Positions 44,033 through 54,173 of a stretch of DNA of 64,000 nt are shown one piece after another. Source of the DNA: an uncultured delta proteobacterium (GTDB lineage Bacteria > Myxococcota > Myxococcia > Myxococcales > Anaeromyxobacteraceae). A program made the translations under genes and the position numbers. The stretch spans positions 99,806 to 163,805 of the forward strand of contig CAWGDE010000023.1 in NCBI GenBank assembly GCA_963821195.1, in the 5' to 3' direction. Below the pieces are notes generated by a model. It saw nothing but the letters and a program-made list of their open reading frames with translations. It did no database searches and was not told the origin of the DNA. Numbering within the stretch: the first letter of the stretch is position 1; every line of letters begins with the position of its first letter.

Positions 44033-46189
44033 TCACTCGTTCGCGAGCGAGAAGAAGGTGTCGGCCGGGATCGTCACGGTGAACGCGTCCACGGCGACCG
44101 GGACGTCGGGCTGCCGTTCGAGGTTCGCGCCCGCGTTCGTCCAGTAGAGGGCGAGCGCGCTCACCGGGACGGGCAGGTTCGTGAGCCGAACGTTCGCGGT
44201 GACCGCGCTCGCCGAGGCGTTGTGCCCGACGATGGCGAGCCTCCCGCGGGCGGTGTCGTAGAAGGCGACCAGGCTCGACAGTCCCGAGAGCGTGCTCGTC
44301 GCGAAGACGCGCGTCGCGCCGGGACGGATGAAACGGGTGAGCTGCGCGTTGACGTAGAGCCGCTTCCGCGCCGCGTACACGCCGGTCGTCGTGTCGTACG
44401 CGAGGAGCCCCCAGGTGCTGTAGCTGTCGTGGTGATACCAGAAGCTGTCGTATCCCTCCCACAACAGGACCGCCGGGAACCCGTGCTCCAGGTCGCCGAG
44501 GACGAAGTCGTTCGTCTGCGCCGCGAACGCCCATTCGCCCTCGGCCGGCGTGCCGTTCTGGTCGCAGGTGCCGCACCACTGGGCGGTCTCGGTGTTCCAC
44601 CAGTCCTTGCCGGAGTAGCTCGTCCCGGGCCATGTCGCTCCGCCATAGGCGTGCGCCGAGTAGTGGTTGGTCTTCGGGCTCGCGGACGCGTTGCCCCGGA
44701 TCGCCGTGACGTAGGATTCGGCGTTGCCGAACTGTGCCGTGTCGGGCCCGACGAGTTCGACGTCCGTGACTCCCATGTACGTCAGCTCGGCCGCGGTGAG
44801 GCCGAAGATCGTCGCGAGCTGAGATGCGTTGAGGAGTGGGCCCTCCAGACCGTTCAGGTCCGGCTCGTTGAACGGAGCAAGGTACTTGAACGAAAGTCCC
44901 TTCACCACGCGTCCGTAGTAGACGCACGATGCGAGCATCGTCGCCATCGCACTGTTCTGCGCGGAGCTGATGTTCGAGGCGACACCGTACTGGCCGCTAC
45001 CCCCCATCCATGTGGCGGTCCATCCCATGAAGTTCAGGATGATCTGGGACCCGACGAGCCCCTTCTGGTTCAGGTAGGCGATGGTGGCCCAGAGGTCCTG
45101 CATCCTCGGAGCCTCGTACACCTGCTGGAGCGTCGCCGGATCCAGCGCGTGGAGCGCCGGGATGAGCGACTCGCTGCCGACCCAGTCCATGGGATCGCGG
45201 ATGACGCGCAGCAGCGAAGCGCCGTTCACGTCGACGAGGAGGTCGAGCGCGGGCCTGAGCTGACCGCCCTCCCAGCTGTTCACGTTGACGTTCGTTCCCA
45301 TCCCGTCGACGCGCTGGAACGCCTGCGAGAGGTCGACCGAGGTGTTGATGGCCTCCGTCGCGACAAAGTCGATCCCTCCGACGTCGGCGTCCGCGACCGT
45401 CACCGCCCGGCTCGCCGGCGTGAAGGTGAACCCCGGCTTCGACGGCGTGACGGTGTAGCTGCCCGCCGCGAGCCCGGGGAAGGCGTACCTTCCGTTCGCG
45501 TCCACCGTGGCGCTCGCGCTCGCCGCGCCAGAGATCGCGACCTTCGCCCCGGCGACGCTCGCGAGGGGCGTCAGCGCCCCCGAGATCACGAGGCCCGTCG
45601 GCGCGATCGACACGGTGGTGGACCGCGCGTCGGACTTCCCGTTCGCGCTCGCCGTCATGGCGAGAATGCACGCCCCGGGCACGGCGGCGGTCCATAGGGT
45701 CGTCGGTGCCGCCGGATCCGCGAAGGTTCCGCAGCCGGGAGGCGAGGCGGTCCACAGGAACGCGATCGGGTCTCCGTCGGCGTCGAAGGCAGACGCCGAG
45801 ACCGTGAGCTGCTGGCCAGGTGTGACCGTAGCGCTCGGGACGACGACGGACACGAGCACGGGGCCGTGGTCCGGAACGGCGGGCGAACCCGTCGTGTCGT
45901 AGAGCGGGACGGTGGCGCTCGTGGCCGTTCCGCCGATCACCGTCACCTGCGCGGCTCCCACCGCCGCGACCCGAGCGCCGGCGTACGCGGTGGCGGTGAC
46001 CGTCCGGGCGCCGCCGGGAACACCGCTCAGCAGCCCGGAGAAGCTCCCGGTCTGTCCGTCGTAGGAGACGTCCTGGGCGACACCGGAGACTTCCACTGCC
46101 ACCCGTGTCACCGCGCCGGCCGGAGTCGCCGCCGCGGCCTGTTCGGCGACGACGAGCAGCGCCGACGCGAGGACCCCGACGGTTCGCAT
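44033..46189 (-). CDS. Secreted modular glycoside hydrolase (clan GH-A, GH30-like) with Ig-like and carboxypeptidase-regulatory-like domains
   Basis: Signal peptide; GSYTVTPSKPGFTFTP module; FQRVDGMG, PFNEPD (acid/base Glu), WNTE (nucleophile Glu), RFIRPGATRV. Confidence 0.65.
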   Translation of the reverse strand: MRTVGVLASALLVVAEQAAAATPAGAVTRVAVEVSGVAQDVSYDGQTGSFSGLLSGVPGGARTVTATAYAGARVAAVGAAQVTVIGGTATSATVPLYDTTGSPAVPDHGPVLVSVVVPSATVTPGQQLTVSASAFDADGDPIAFLWTASPPGCGTFADPAAPTTLWTAAVPGACILAMTASANGKSDARSTTVSIAPTGLVISGALTPLASVAGAKVAISGAASASATVDANGRYAFPGLAAGSYTVTPSKPGFTFTPASRAVTVADADVGGIDFVATEAINTSVDLSQAFQRVDGMGTNVNVNSWEGGQLRPALDLLVDVNGASLLRVIRDPMDWVGSESLIPALHALDPATLQQVYEAPRMQDLWATIAYLNQKGLVGSQIILNFMGWTATWMGGSGQYGVASNISSAQNSAMATMLASCVYYGRVVKGLSFKYLAPFNEPDLNGLEGPLLNASQLATIFGLTAAELTYMGVTDVELVGPDTAQFGNAESYVTAIRGNASASPKTNHYSAHAYGGATWPGTSYSGKDWWNTETAQWCGTCDQNGTPAEGEWAFAAQTNDFVLGDLEHGFPAVLLWEGYDSFWYHHDSYSTWGLLAYDTTTGVYAARKRLYVNAQLTRFIRPGATRVFATSTLSGLSSLVAFYDTARGRLAIVGHNASASAVTANVRLTNLPVPVSALALYWTNAGANLERQPDVPVAVDAFTVTIPADTFFSLANE

Positions 46190-46207
46190 CCGGTCGCGGT
46201 CCGACCG

Positions 46208-47251
46208 CTAGAGACCCACGCGGACCACGATCGGAAACTCGTCGTGGAATCCGCCCACGGGCCCGGGCACGGTGAGTGTCGCGGTCAGCACGCAGGCGTT
46301 GGGCGACCCCGCCGCGGTCCACTGGAACGACGCGTACGCGGGCGTGCCGCCGAAATAGCTCGGCCCCGTCACGACTCCACCGCAGGAGTCGACGAGGGTG
46401 ACCGCCGCGCTCTGCACGGCGTCGTAAGACGCCCGGACTTCGTGCTGGCTCGAGGTCGGCACCGAGGACGGTGAGGTCGCGTCATTGCCGTCCCGGGCCG
46501 CTTCCCACCAGATCGTCCCGCCGGAGTAGACGGCCATGCTGGTGATGTACGGCTGCGGGTAGTAGCTCCCGGACACGGAGATCGTTCCCGTCGCCTCGAC
46601 GACCGTCACCACGGTCGATCGCGAGTCCGGCTTCCCGTTCGCCGTCGCCGTGACCTTGACGGTGCAGGTGCCCAGCAACGCGCTCGTGAACACGGTGGTC
46701 GCGCTCACGCCGTTCGGGGCGATCGGGGTCGAGGACGAGCTCGCGAAGGTGCCGCAGCCGGGGGGCGCGGCCGACCACCCCACGTCGATCGCGTCGCCGT
46801 CGACGTCGACGGCCGTCGCGGTGAGCGTCTGCGCCACGCCCTGCATCGCGTCCGTGTTCGGCACGACGAAGGACAGGACGACCGGCGAATGGTCGGGAAG
46901 CGGTGGTGGGCCGCTCGAATCGTACAGCGTGAGGGTCACGCTGACCTGGGCCCCCGGCTGGACCTCGACCGGCGGGGCCGTCGAGGTCGCCGCGAGGCTG
47001 GTCCCCTTGTACGCAGCCGCCGTGACGGTCTGGGTCCCCGTCGCGACGGTCAACGTTCCCGTGAACGTTCCGTCGGTCGCGAGCGCCAGATCTCGCGTGA
47101 CGTTGGCGGGCTGCACCGTGATCGTCACCCGCGTGATCTCCGCGATCGCGATCCCCTGCACCGATACGACCACGTTCATCGTGCCCTGGTTCGTTTGATG
47201 GTCGCCGCAGGCGACGGCCATCCCGATGGCGAACATTCCGAAGCGCTTCAT
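46208..47251 (-). CDS. Thr/Val-rich Ig-like lipoprotein
   Basis: Lipobox AVAC; beta-rich modules with DVDGD and PPGCGTF. Confidence 0.7.
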   Translation of the reverse strand: MKRFGMFAIGMAVACGDHQTNQGTMNVVVSVQGIAIAEITRVTITVQPANVTRDLALATDGTFTGTLTVATGTQTVTAAAYKGTSLAATSTAPPVEVQPGAQVSVTLTLYDSSGPPPLPDHSPVVLSFVVPNTDAMQGVAQTLTATAVDVDGDAIDVGWSAAPPGCGTFASSSSTPIAPNGVSATTVFTSALLGTCTVKVTATANGKPDSRSTVVTVVEATGTISVSGSYYPQPYITSMAVYSGGTIWWEAARDGNDATSPSSVPTSSQHEVRASYDAVQSAAVTLVDSCGGVVTGPSYFGGTPAYASFQWTAAGSPNACVLTATLTVPGPVGGFHDEFPIVVRVGL

Positions 47252-47269
47252 GCAGACCCCCCCGCGTTC

Positions 47270-47352
47270 CACGTGACGCGCACAATACAGACTGCGAGGC
47301 GCCGGGTCCCGTTCCCGGGCGGGGCGGTCATCGTGCGTTCGCGCGTCACGTG
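47270..47352. repeat. 12-bp perfect inverted repeat in a divergent intergenic region
   Basis: CACGTGACGCGC (47270-47281) and GCGCGTCACGTG (47341-47352). Confidence 0.55.
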
Positions 47353-47482
47353 ATCGAGGGACTCGGGCAGCGGTCGCGCGCGGTGCCCGGCGCGGCCTCG
47401 GCCCGCACCGACTCGCGCTCCGACCCGGCACTTCGAGTAGCATGGGGGCTCACGACGAAGACGGCACGGAGGCGACGGGCGC

Positions 47483-48115
47483 ATGCCGCGGGCGCACATG
47501 GGCGGGTGGACCGGAGGCGTGCTGACGCTCTCGATTGTCTTCGGCGTCGCGTGCGCGAGCCGCGGCCCGTACATCTGGGTGGACGCCGTGCCGAAGGGGA
47601 TGCTCGTGCGCGAGGACCCCTCCGTCCTCGCGCCCGGCGACGTGATCAGCGTGCGGGTCTGGAACCAGGATGCGAACTCGATCGACCGCGCCCGGATCCG
47701 GGAGGACGGTAGGGTTTCGATCCCGTTCCTGAACGACGTCGAGGTCACCGGGATGCAACCGACCGAGCTGGCGCGCCGGCTCGAGGTCAAGCTCAAACCG
47801 TTCATCGTCAACCCGCTGGTCACCGTGGTCCTCGTCGAGCGCCGCGCCGTGAAGGTGTCGGTCGTGGGCCGGGTCGGCAAGCCGGGTATCTACGAACTCG
47901 ACGAGGGCGCCGGTGTGATGGACGCGCTCGCGATCGCAGGGGGCGTTACCCCCTTCGCCGAGCGCGACGGTGTGTACGTCCTGAGGAAGGGCTACTGGGC
48001 GGACGGCAACCCCGCCGCGGCGCGGGTCCGGTTTCGCTACGACGACCTCCGGTGCGGCAAGGCGCCGGCGGCGACGTTCCCGCTCCGCCGCGGCGACATC
48101 GTCGTCGTGGAGTGA
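47483..48115 (+). CDS. Short polysaccharide export (OPX/Wza-like) lipoprotein
   Basis: LAPGDVISVRVW...REDGRVSIPFL PES motif, SLBB domain VVGRVGKPG, ends LRRGDIVVVE. Confidence 0.85.
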   Translation: MPRAHMGGWTGGVLTLSIVFGVACASRGPYIWVDAVPKGMLVREDPSVLAPGDVISVRVWNQDANSIDRARIREDGRVSIPFLNDVEVTGMQPTELARRLEVKLKPFIVNPLVTVVLVERRAVKVSVVGRVGKPGIYELDEGAGVMDALAIAGGVTPFAERDGVYVLRKGYWADGNPAAARVRFRYDDLRCGKAPAATFPLRRGDIVVVE

Positions 48116-48136
48116 TTCCGGGCCCCGCGCCATCGC

Positions 48137-49390
48137 TCACCGGGCGTCGAGCAGGCCACGGTAGCGCTGCAGCAGCGGCCTGAACTCGATCTCCCAGTTG
48201 TACCGCTCGCGCGTGAGCCGGATCGCGTTCGCCCTCATCCTCGCCCGGGAGTCCCGGTCGGACGACAGGCGGTTCACCGCGGCGGCGATCGCCTCCGGCC
48301 GCTCGGGGTCCACGCAGATGCCGACGTCCTCCTGCTCGACGAGTCGCACCATTCCCGGGAACGCGGGGGCGACCACGGGCAGCCCCATCATCATGTACTC
48401 GAAGATCTTGTTGGGCGCGCAGTGATAGTTGTTCCGGCAGTCGTTCCGGTACAGGAGAATTCCGATGTCCGCCGACGCCGTGTACTCCGCGACGGCTTCG
48501 TAGGAAACCTTGGGCAACACGACGACCCGTTCGTAGCCCGCGAGCCGCTCTGCGGGGCGCGCCCACTCGCCGAAGCCGGAACCGAGGATCACGAGCACGA
48601 CGCCGTCCTCGAACGAGCGGGTCGCCTCGGCGATCTCCTCGATGCAGCGCATCGAGTCCACCAGCCCCTGGTACAGCACGATCGTGGAGAAGCGAACACC
48701 CCTCCGCGCCAGTTCGTCGCGGAGCCGGGTACTCTCGACGCGCGGCCGGTGAGGCGGGCAGTTCCGGACGGTCATCGGCAGGCGCCGCGCGCCGAACTCC
48801 TCCTGGAGGATGCGCGAGCGGTCCTCGTCGGGCGTGACCACCTCGTCGCAGCGCGGTACGAGCGCCCGCTCGAGCCACCGCCACACCGAAGCGAACCGCA
48901 CCTTCGGCTGCGCCTCCGACCACATCTCGTGGGCGCGGTAGACGCACGGGCGCCGCTTGAGCGTCGCGGCGAGGAGCGCGGGCGGAAGCGCCGGCAGGTC
49001 GTGCGCCTGAAAGAGGTCCGCGCCGCTCCGCGCCGCGACCGAGAATGCCTTCGCAACGTACTCGAGATACGAGAGCGCATACTGGAGGGCCGCCAGGACG
49101 AGGACGGGGGTCCCGATCCCGAAGATGGCGTGGAACGCCTCCCGCGATCGGATCCGGATATGCGCGACCGTGAACCCTGGAGCCAGCGCCTCGGAGGGGA
49201 CGGGGCGGTCCGCCGTCGCGATGCAGATCGCCGACGTGTCGAAGCCTGCGGCGGCGAGCGAGAGGCCCTCGTTGTACAGGGGAGGGAGGGCCGTGGGGGC
49301 GTGCGCGTACGTCACCATGCACACTCTCGGCCGGCGCGGCGGGGCGGCGCTCTTCGCGAAGTCGGCCGCCGGCTCCCCCTCCCCGCGCAC
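48137..49390 (-). CDS. Glycosyltransferase family 4
   Basis: AHDLPAL, YQG, PNKIFEYMMMGLPVV, YNWE. Confidence 0.88.
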   Translation of the reverse strand: MRGEGEPAADFAKSAAPPRRPRVCMVTYAHAPTALPPLYNEGLSLAAAGFDTSAICIATADRPVPSEALAPGFTVAHIRIRSREAFHAIFGIGTPVLVLAALQYALSYLEYVAKAFSVAARSGADLFQAHDLPALPPALLAATLKRRPCVYRAHEMWSEAQPKVRFASVWRWLERALVPRCDEVVTPDEDRSRILQEEFGARRLPMTVRNCPPHRPRVESTRLRDELARRGVRFSTIVLYQGLVDSMRCIEEIAEATRSFEDGVVLVILGSGFGEWARPAERLAGYERVVVLPKVSYEAVAEYTASADIGILLYRNDCRNNYHCAPNKIFEYMMMGLPVVAPAFPGMVRLVEQEDVGICVDPERPEAIAAAVNRLSSDRDSRARMRANAIRLTRERYNWEIEFRPLLQRYRGLLDAR

Positions 49391-49511
49391 GCGACGACGA
49401 TACCAGAACGCTCCACCCGCCGCCCCGCCGCGACTGTCACACGAGCAGCGGACACGCAGATAGGCCTAGGCGCACGCCGCCGCGTTGAGTTACCGTCGCA
49501 CGGTCTCCCGC

Positions 49512-50642
49512 ATGGCCGTCCCAACCAAGCTCCTGGTCGTCCTCGGCACCCGCCCCGAGGCCATCAAGCTCGCACCGGTCATCCACGAGCTCCGCGCGCG
49601 TCCGTCCGCCACGACGCGCGTGTGCCTGACCGGCCAGCACCGTGAGATGGTGGCGAACGTCCTGGAGTTCTTCGAGCTGCGCGGGGACGTCGATCTCGAG
49701 GTGATGCAGCCGAACCAGTCCCTGAACGGCCTGGCCGCGCGCGCGTTCACGGGCCTCGACCGCGTGCTGGCGGACTTCGCGCCCGACTGGACCATCGTCC
49801 AGGGGGATACCACGACGGCGTTCGCCGCGGCGCTGGCCTCGTTCCACCGCCAGGTGAAGGTCGCGCACGTGGAGGCCGGCCTCCGAAGCTTCGATCGCTT
49901 CAAGCCGTTCCCGGAGGAGGTCAACCGGGTCATGACCTCGGCGGTCGCCGACCTGCACTTCTGCCCTACCGCCGGCGCACGCGCGAACCTCCTCGCCGAA
50001 CGCGTCCCCGAGGACCGGATCCACGTGGTGGGCAACACGGTGATCGACGCGCTGCACCTCGCGATCGAGCGGCTCCGGGCCGATCCCGGCGTGGCGGGCT
50101 CGGTGTCGCGGTCCTTCCCGCGGCTGCGCCTCGATCGGCCGTTCGTGCTGGTCACGGGGCATCGCCGGGAGAGCTTCGGCAAGCCGTTCGAGGCGCTCTG
50201 CCGAGCGATCCGCGACGTGGCGACGGGGGACGCGGTCCAGTTCGTCTACCCCGTCCACCTCAACCCGAACGTGCGCCGGCCGGTGTTCGAGATCCTGGGA
50301 GGCGTCGAGGACGTACACCTCGGTGAACCCGTCGGTTACCCGGAGCTCGTATGGCTCCTCGAGCACTGCCGGTTCGTGCTGACCGACTCGGGAGGGATCC
50401 AGGAGGAGGCCGCCGCGCTCGGGAAGCCCGTGCTCGTCATGCGCGACGTCACCGAGCGACGGGAGAGCGTCGACGCCGGCGTCTCGCGCCTCGTCGGCAC
50501 TCGGCCGGAGGCGATCGTCGAGTGGAGCCTCCGACTCCTGCGCGACGAAGCGACGTACCGGCAGATGGCCCGCAAGGTCGACGTGTACGGCGACGGGCAG
50601 GCGCGTGGGCGGATCGCCGACGCGCTCGGCCTCGCTCGGTGA
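49512..50642 (+). CDS. wecB: UDP-N-acetylglucosamine 2-epimerase (non-hydrolysing)
   Basis: GTRPEAIK, TGQH, QGDTTT, HVEAGLRS, PEEVNR, TDSGGIQEE. Confidence 0.94.
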   Translation: MAVPTKLLVVLGTRPEAIKLAPVIHELRARPSATTRVCLTGQHREMVANVLEFFELRGDVDLEVMQPNQSLNGLAARAFTGLDRVLADFAPDWTIVQGDTTTAFAAALASFHRQVKVAHVEAGLRSFDRFKPFPEEVNRVMTSAVADLHFCPTAGARANLLAERVPEDRIHVVGNTVIDALHLAIERLRADPGVAGSVSRSFPRLRLDRPFVLVTGHRRESFGKPFEALCRAIRDVATGDAVQFVYPVHLNPNVRRPVFEILGGVEDVHLGEPVGYPELVWLLEHCRFVLTDSGGIQEEAAALGKPVLVMRDVTERRESVDAGVSRLVGTRPEAIVEWSLRLLRDEATYRQMARKVDVYGDGQARGRIADALGLAR

Positions 50643-50655
50643 CCCGGGGCCCGCC

Positions 50656-51639
50656 TCAGCCGGCCTGCGGCGAGGGCATCTCCGGGACCCACCGCGACGC
50701 CCGCTCGGCGACCAGCGCCCGCGTCGCGCGGGCCTTGCCCCGCAGCAGGCACGCCAACTGGTACCGCCGGAGGAACCGGCGAAACTCGTCGTCCCCGTAC
50801 CGCGGCGCCCGCCGGACCATGCTCTCGAGGTACCCGTAGAGCATCGCGAGCCCGCCCGCGACGAGCGGCGGGCGCGTCATGCGGTAGAGGGCGGACGCGA
50901 GCATGTAGATCGGCGACGTCCCCATGTAGTACTGCCCGTGCCCGTGCCGCTTCCGGCCGGACCACCAGCTCTTGTGGCTGGTCCCCATCGGGCGCAGGTG
51001 GATGAACCGCAGCTCGGGCTCGTCCGACGACGCCGCGATCCAGCCCAGCTGCCGGCAGCGGTGACCGTCGATGCCGTCCCACATGAGATAGCGGACGAAG
51101 CCGCCGATCTGGAGGAAGCAGCTCACCCGGTAGAACTTGACCGCCCCGATCGCGTTCTCGTCGCCGAGCTTCTCCGAGACGAGCCTGGAGGTGTCCGTGA
51201 GCGGGAACTCGGCCGACGTGTCGCGGGCGGGCTGCGGGAAGTAGTACGCCTTCCCCGAGAAGTTCCCGAGCCGCGGCTCGGCCTCCATACGATCCATGAG
51301 CGTCGCGAAATACCGCGGCGGCAGATCGAGGTCGAGATCCAGCTTGCACAGATAGTCGAACGAGCGCGGGTCGATGGTTTCGTAGCCCGCGTAGAACGCT
51401 TCGATGACGCCACCGCCGAGGTGGCGGTCGCCTCGATCGCGACGGCGGACGACGCGGATGAACGGGTAGCGCGCCGCATATTCCGCGAGGATCGCCGGCG
51501 TCTCGTCCTTCGATCCGTCGTCCACGATGACCCAGAGCGCCGGCGGCTCCACCTGGCGTGCGACGGCGTCGAGCGTCCGCCGGGCGAACGCCGCCTCGTC
51601 CCGGCATGGCGTGACGAGGCAATACCTCCGAGAGTTCAT
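50656..51639 (-). CDS. Glycosyltransferase family 2
   Basis: VTPCRDEA, IVDDGSKDET, KLDLDLD, WDGIDGHRCR. Confidence 0.88.
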   Translation of the reverse strand: MNSRRYCLVTPCRDEAAFARRTLDAVARQVEPPALWVIVDDGSKDETPAILAEYAARYPFIRVVRRRDRGDRHLGGGVIEAFYAGYETIDPRSFDYLCKLDLDLDLPPRYFATLMDRMEAEPRLGNFSGKAYYFPQPARDTSAEFPLTDTSRLVSEKLGDENAIGAVKFYRVSCFLQIGGFVRYLMWDGIDGHRCRQLGWIAASSDEPELRFIHLRPMGTSHKSWWSGRKRHGHGQYYMGTSPIYMLASALYRMTRPPLVAGGLAMLYGYLESMVRRAPRYGDDEFRRFLRRYQLACLLRGKARATRALVAERASRWVPEMPSPQAG

Positions 51640-53570
51640 CGGCTCACCCCGTTCCTCTGACACCACCGAATGAGGACGTAGATCGCCCACACCCGCGACC
51701 AGTAGACGCCCGGCGCCCCGTCGATGAACGCCTGCCAGAGCCGGCGGACCGCATCGCCGCGGAGACCGGCCGCCCGGGCCGCCTCCGGATCCCGCATGGC
51801 GTCTTCCATGACCTGCCCGAGGCTCCGCCGGATCCAGCGGTCGAAGGGGAGCACGAACCCGCGCTTCGGCCGCTCGAAGAGCGCCGGCGAGAGGCCCCGG
51901 AGCCCGACGTCGCGCAGGATCTGCTTCCGCCTGAGCGGCACGTACCGCGCGTCGTCGTGCAGCCGGTCGACCGCTTCGAAGAGCACGTGATCGACGAGGG
52001 GGAGCCGCTGCTCGATGGACGCGGCCATGCTCGCGGCGTCGTTGTCGCGCAGGAGCCGCTCCCCGAGGAAGAGCCGCGCCTCGAGCACGCTGATCGCGGC
52101 GAGCGGCGAGCGTCCGTCTATCTCGGCCGCGAGGCGTGAGCGCATCGCGTCGGAGAGCCCGTCCTCGAGCAGCCCCGACGCCTCGGGCCCGAGCAGCTCG
52201 CGCTGGAACTCCGGCAGGAACAGGGCGTACGCGAGCTGGTACAGCGCGAGCAGGTCCTCGCCCCGGCTCACCAGGGCGGGGAGCTTCGCCCAGCGTGTCT
52301 GGGCGGGGAACCCCCCCGAGCGCTGGAGCATCCCCGCGATCAGCCGCGCCGCGCCGTGGCGCCAGGCCGGCGGGACCGCACGCGCGCGTCGCGACCACCG
52401 GAGCAGCGCCGGAAGATCTCGGAACGAGGTGTATCCGCCGAAGAGCTCATCGCCGCCCGTCCCCACGAGCGCGACCTTGAAGCCCGCGCGGCGGATGGCC
52501 TGGGAGAGGTAGTAGGAGTTGAGGCCGTCGAAGGTGGGCTGGTCGAGGCTGTCGAGGGCGGGTTCCAGCTCGCGGACGAACTCTTCCTCGCCGAGGACGA
52601 CGTCGCGGTGCTCCGTGCCCATCGCCGCGGCGATCGCTCGCGCGAAGCCGCTCTCGTCGAACTCGGGCTCCCCGAATGCCAGCGTGAACGTGTGGATCGG
52701 CGCGTTCGCGGCGCGCCGGGCGAGGTTCGCGACGGTCGATGAGTCGATGCCGCTCGACAGGAACACCGCCAGCGGGACGTCGCTCGCGAGGTGGAGGCGG
52801 ACGGACTCCTCCATCGCGGCCTCGAGGTCGCCGTTCCCCTCCCCGCTCCGCGGGCCCGCCGCCGCCGTCCAGAAGTCCTCCGCGTGCTCCGACGCGCCTC
52901 CGCCGTCGAAGACCTGAAGGTGCCCCGGCCAAAGGAGCTCGATCCCCTGCACGGCGGAGCCGGGTCCCGCGACGAAGCCGTTCCAGGCGACGGAAGCGAC
53001 GGCGGCCGGGTCGAGCCGCGGCGTTCCCAGCAGTCCGGACCGGAGGAGCGCCCTGACCTCGGACGCGAACGCGAGCGTCCACCCCGATCCCGGATCCGCG
53101 CTGCGGGCGATGTAGAGCGGCTTCATCCCGAGGGGATCCCGCGCGAGCAGGAGCTTGCGCGCGGAGGCGTTCCAGAACGCGAACGCGAACATCCCGCGGA
53201 GCCTCGGCACCGCGGCGCGGCCGGACGAGGCGAGCGCCCTCAGCAGGACCTCCGTGTCGCCGGTCGAGGTGAAGCGGTGCCCAGTCGCAGCCAACTCGTG
53301 TCGAAGCGCGACGTAGTTGTAGATCTCGCCGTTGAACGCCACGACGTCCCCCGTCGAGGGGTGGACCATCGGCTGGGCCCCTGCCGGGGAGAGATCGAGG
53401 ATCGCGAGCCGCCGGTGGCCGAGCAGGACGCCGCACCCACGGGCGTCCGGAAGCGACGTCCAGACGCCCTCCGCATCCGGGCCCCGGTGCGCCATCGCGG
53501 CGTTCATCCGCGAGAGCGCGACGCGATTCCGCTCGTCGATCCGCCCGAGAATGCCGGCGATGCCGCACAT
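51636..53570 (-). CDS. asnB: Asparagine synthase-like glutamine amidotransferase (polysaccharide-associated)
   Basis: MCGIAG, HRGPD, GHRRLAILDL, FNGEIYN, LSSGIDS, GTGGDELFGGY. Confidence 0.88.
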   Translation of the reverse strand: MCGIAGILGRIDERNRVALSRMNAAMAHRGPDAEGVWTSLPDARGCGVLLGHRRLAILDLSPAGAQPMVHPSTGDVVAFNGEIYNYVALRHELAATGHRFTSTGDTEVLLRALASSGRAAVPRLRGMFAFAFWNASARKLLLARDPLGMKPLYIARSADPGSGWTLAFASEVRALLRSGLLGTPRLDPAAVASVAWNGFVAGPGSAVQGIELLWPGHLQVFDGGGASEHAEDFWTAAAGPRSGEGNGDLEAAMEESVRLHLASDVPLAVFLSSGIDSSTVANLARRAANAPIHTFTLAFGEPEFDESGFARAIAAAMGTEHRDVVLGEEEFVRELEPALDSLDQPTFDGLNSYYLSQAIRRAGFKVALVGTGGDELFGGYTSFRDLPALLRWSRRARAVPPAWRHGAARLIAGMLQRSGGFPAQTRWAKLPALVSRGEDLLALYQLAYALFLPEFQRELLGPEASGLLEDGLSDAMRSRLAAEIDGRSPLAAISVLEARLFLGERLLRDNDAASMAASIEQRLPLVDHVLFEAVDRLHDDARYVPLRRKQILRDVGLRGLSPALFERPKRGFVLPFDRWIRRSLGQVMEDAMRDPEAARAAGLRGDAVRRLWQAFIDGAPGVYWSRVWAIYVLIRWCQRNGVSR

Positions 53571-53983
53571 CCAGAGTCATCCCCCACCGCGCTGCGCGCC
53601 GGCGCCCCTCGACGATGCGCCGCGCCTCGCCCGTACCACATCCGCTCCGGCAGCGCCTAGTAACGCGATCTCGGGAGTGCGCCGCGGGGCCTGCGGTCGC
53701 GCGCTCTTCGGGCCGCTGATCGAGTCGGGATCCGCGAGCAGGAGTGCGACTGGAACGGAGCCCCATCTGGGTCGCCGTGCGCGGGACCGGCAGTCCCGCG
53801 CGGCCCCGCGGTCGCGCTCCGATGAACCGCCGCGACCGTCTCAGGCGACCATGCGGCAATGCGCTCCAATCTGCGCGGCACGCCTGGGTCGGAACGGGCG
53901 CCGTCGTGTCCCGCGCAGTGGGTGCTTCGGCGGGATGCTGAGGCGTGGTAGTCGTTTGCCACCTAGCGATCCAGGAGGACCCG

Positions 53984-54169
53984 GTGGACGGATTCATCAT
54001 GCTCTCGATCCTCCTGGCCACGGTGGCGGTGCCCGCGCTCGCCGCCCGGGATCCGAACGCGCCCCGCGGGGCACGCCGGATGGTCCTGGCGCTGCTCGTG
54101 GTGAACTCGCTCTACGTCGCGTACGCCGCGCTGGTGCACGTTGTCGTCCGTGTCCCGCAGTGGAGGTAG
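53984..54169 (+). CDS. Small two-helix membrane protein (61 aa) heading the PCP-wzy operon
   Basis: AGGAGG RBS and GTG start; two hydrophobic helices joined by AARDPNAPRGARR. Confidence 0.65.
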   Translation: MDGFIMLSILLATVAVPALAARDPNAPRGARRMVLALLVVNSLYVAYAALVHVVVRVPQWR

Positions 54170-54173
54170 CCGG

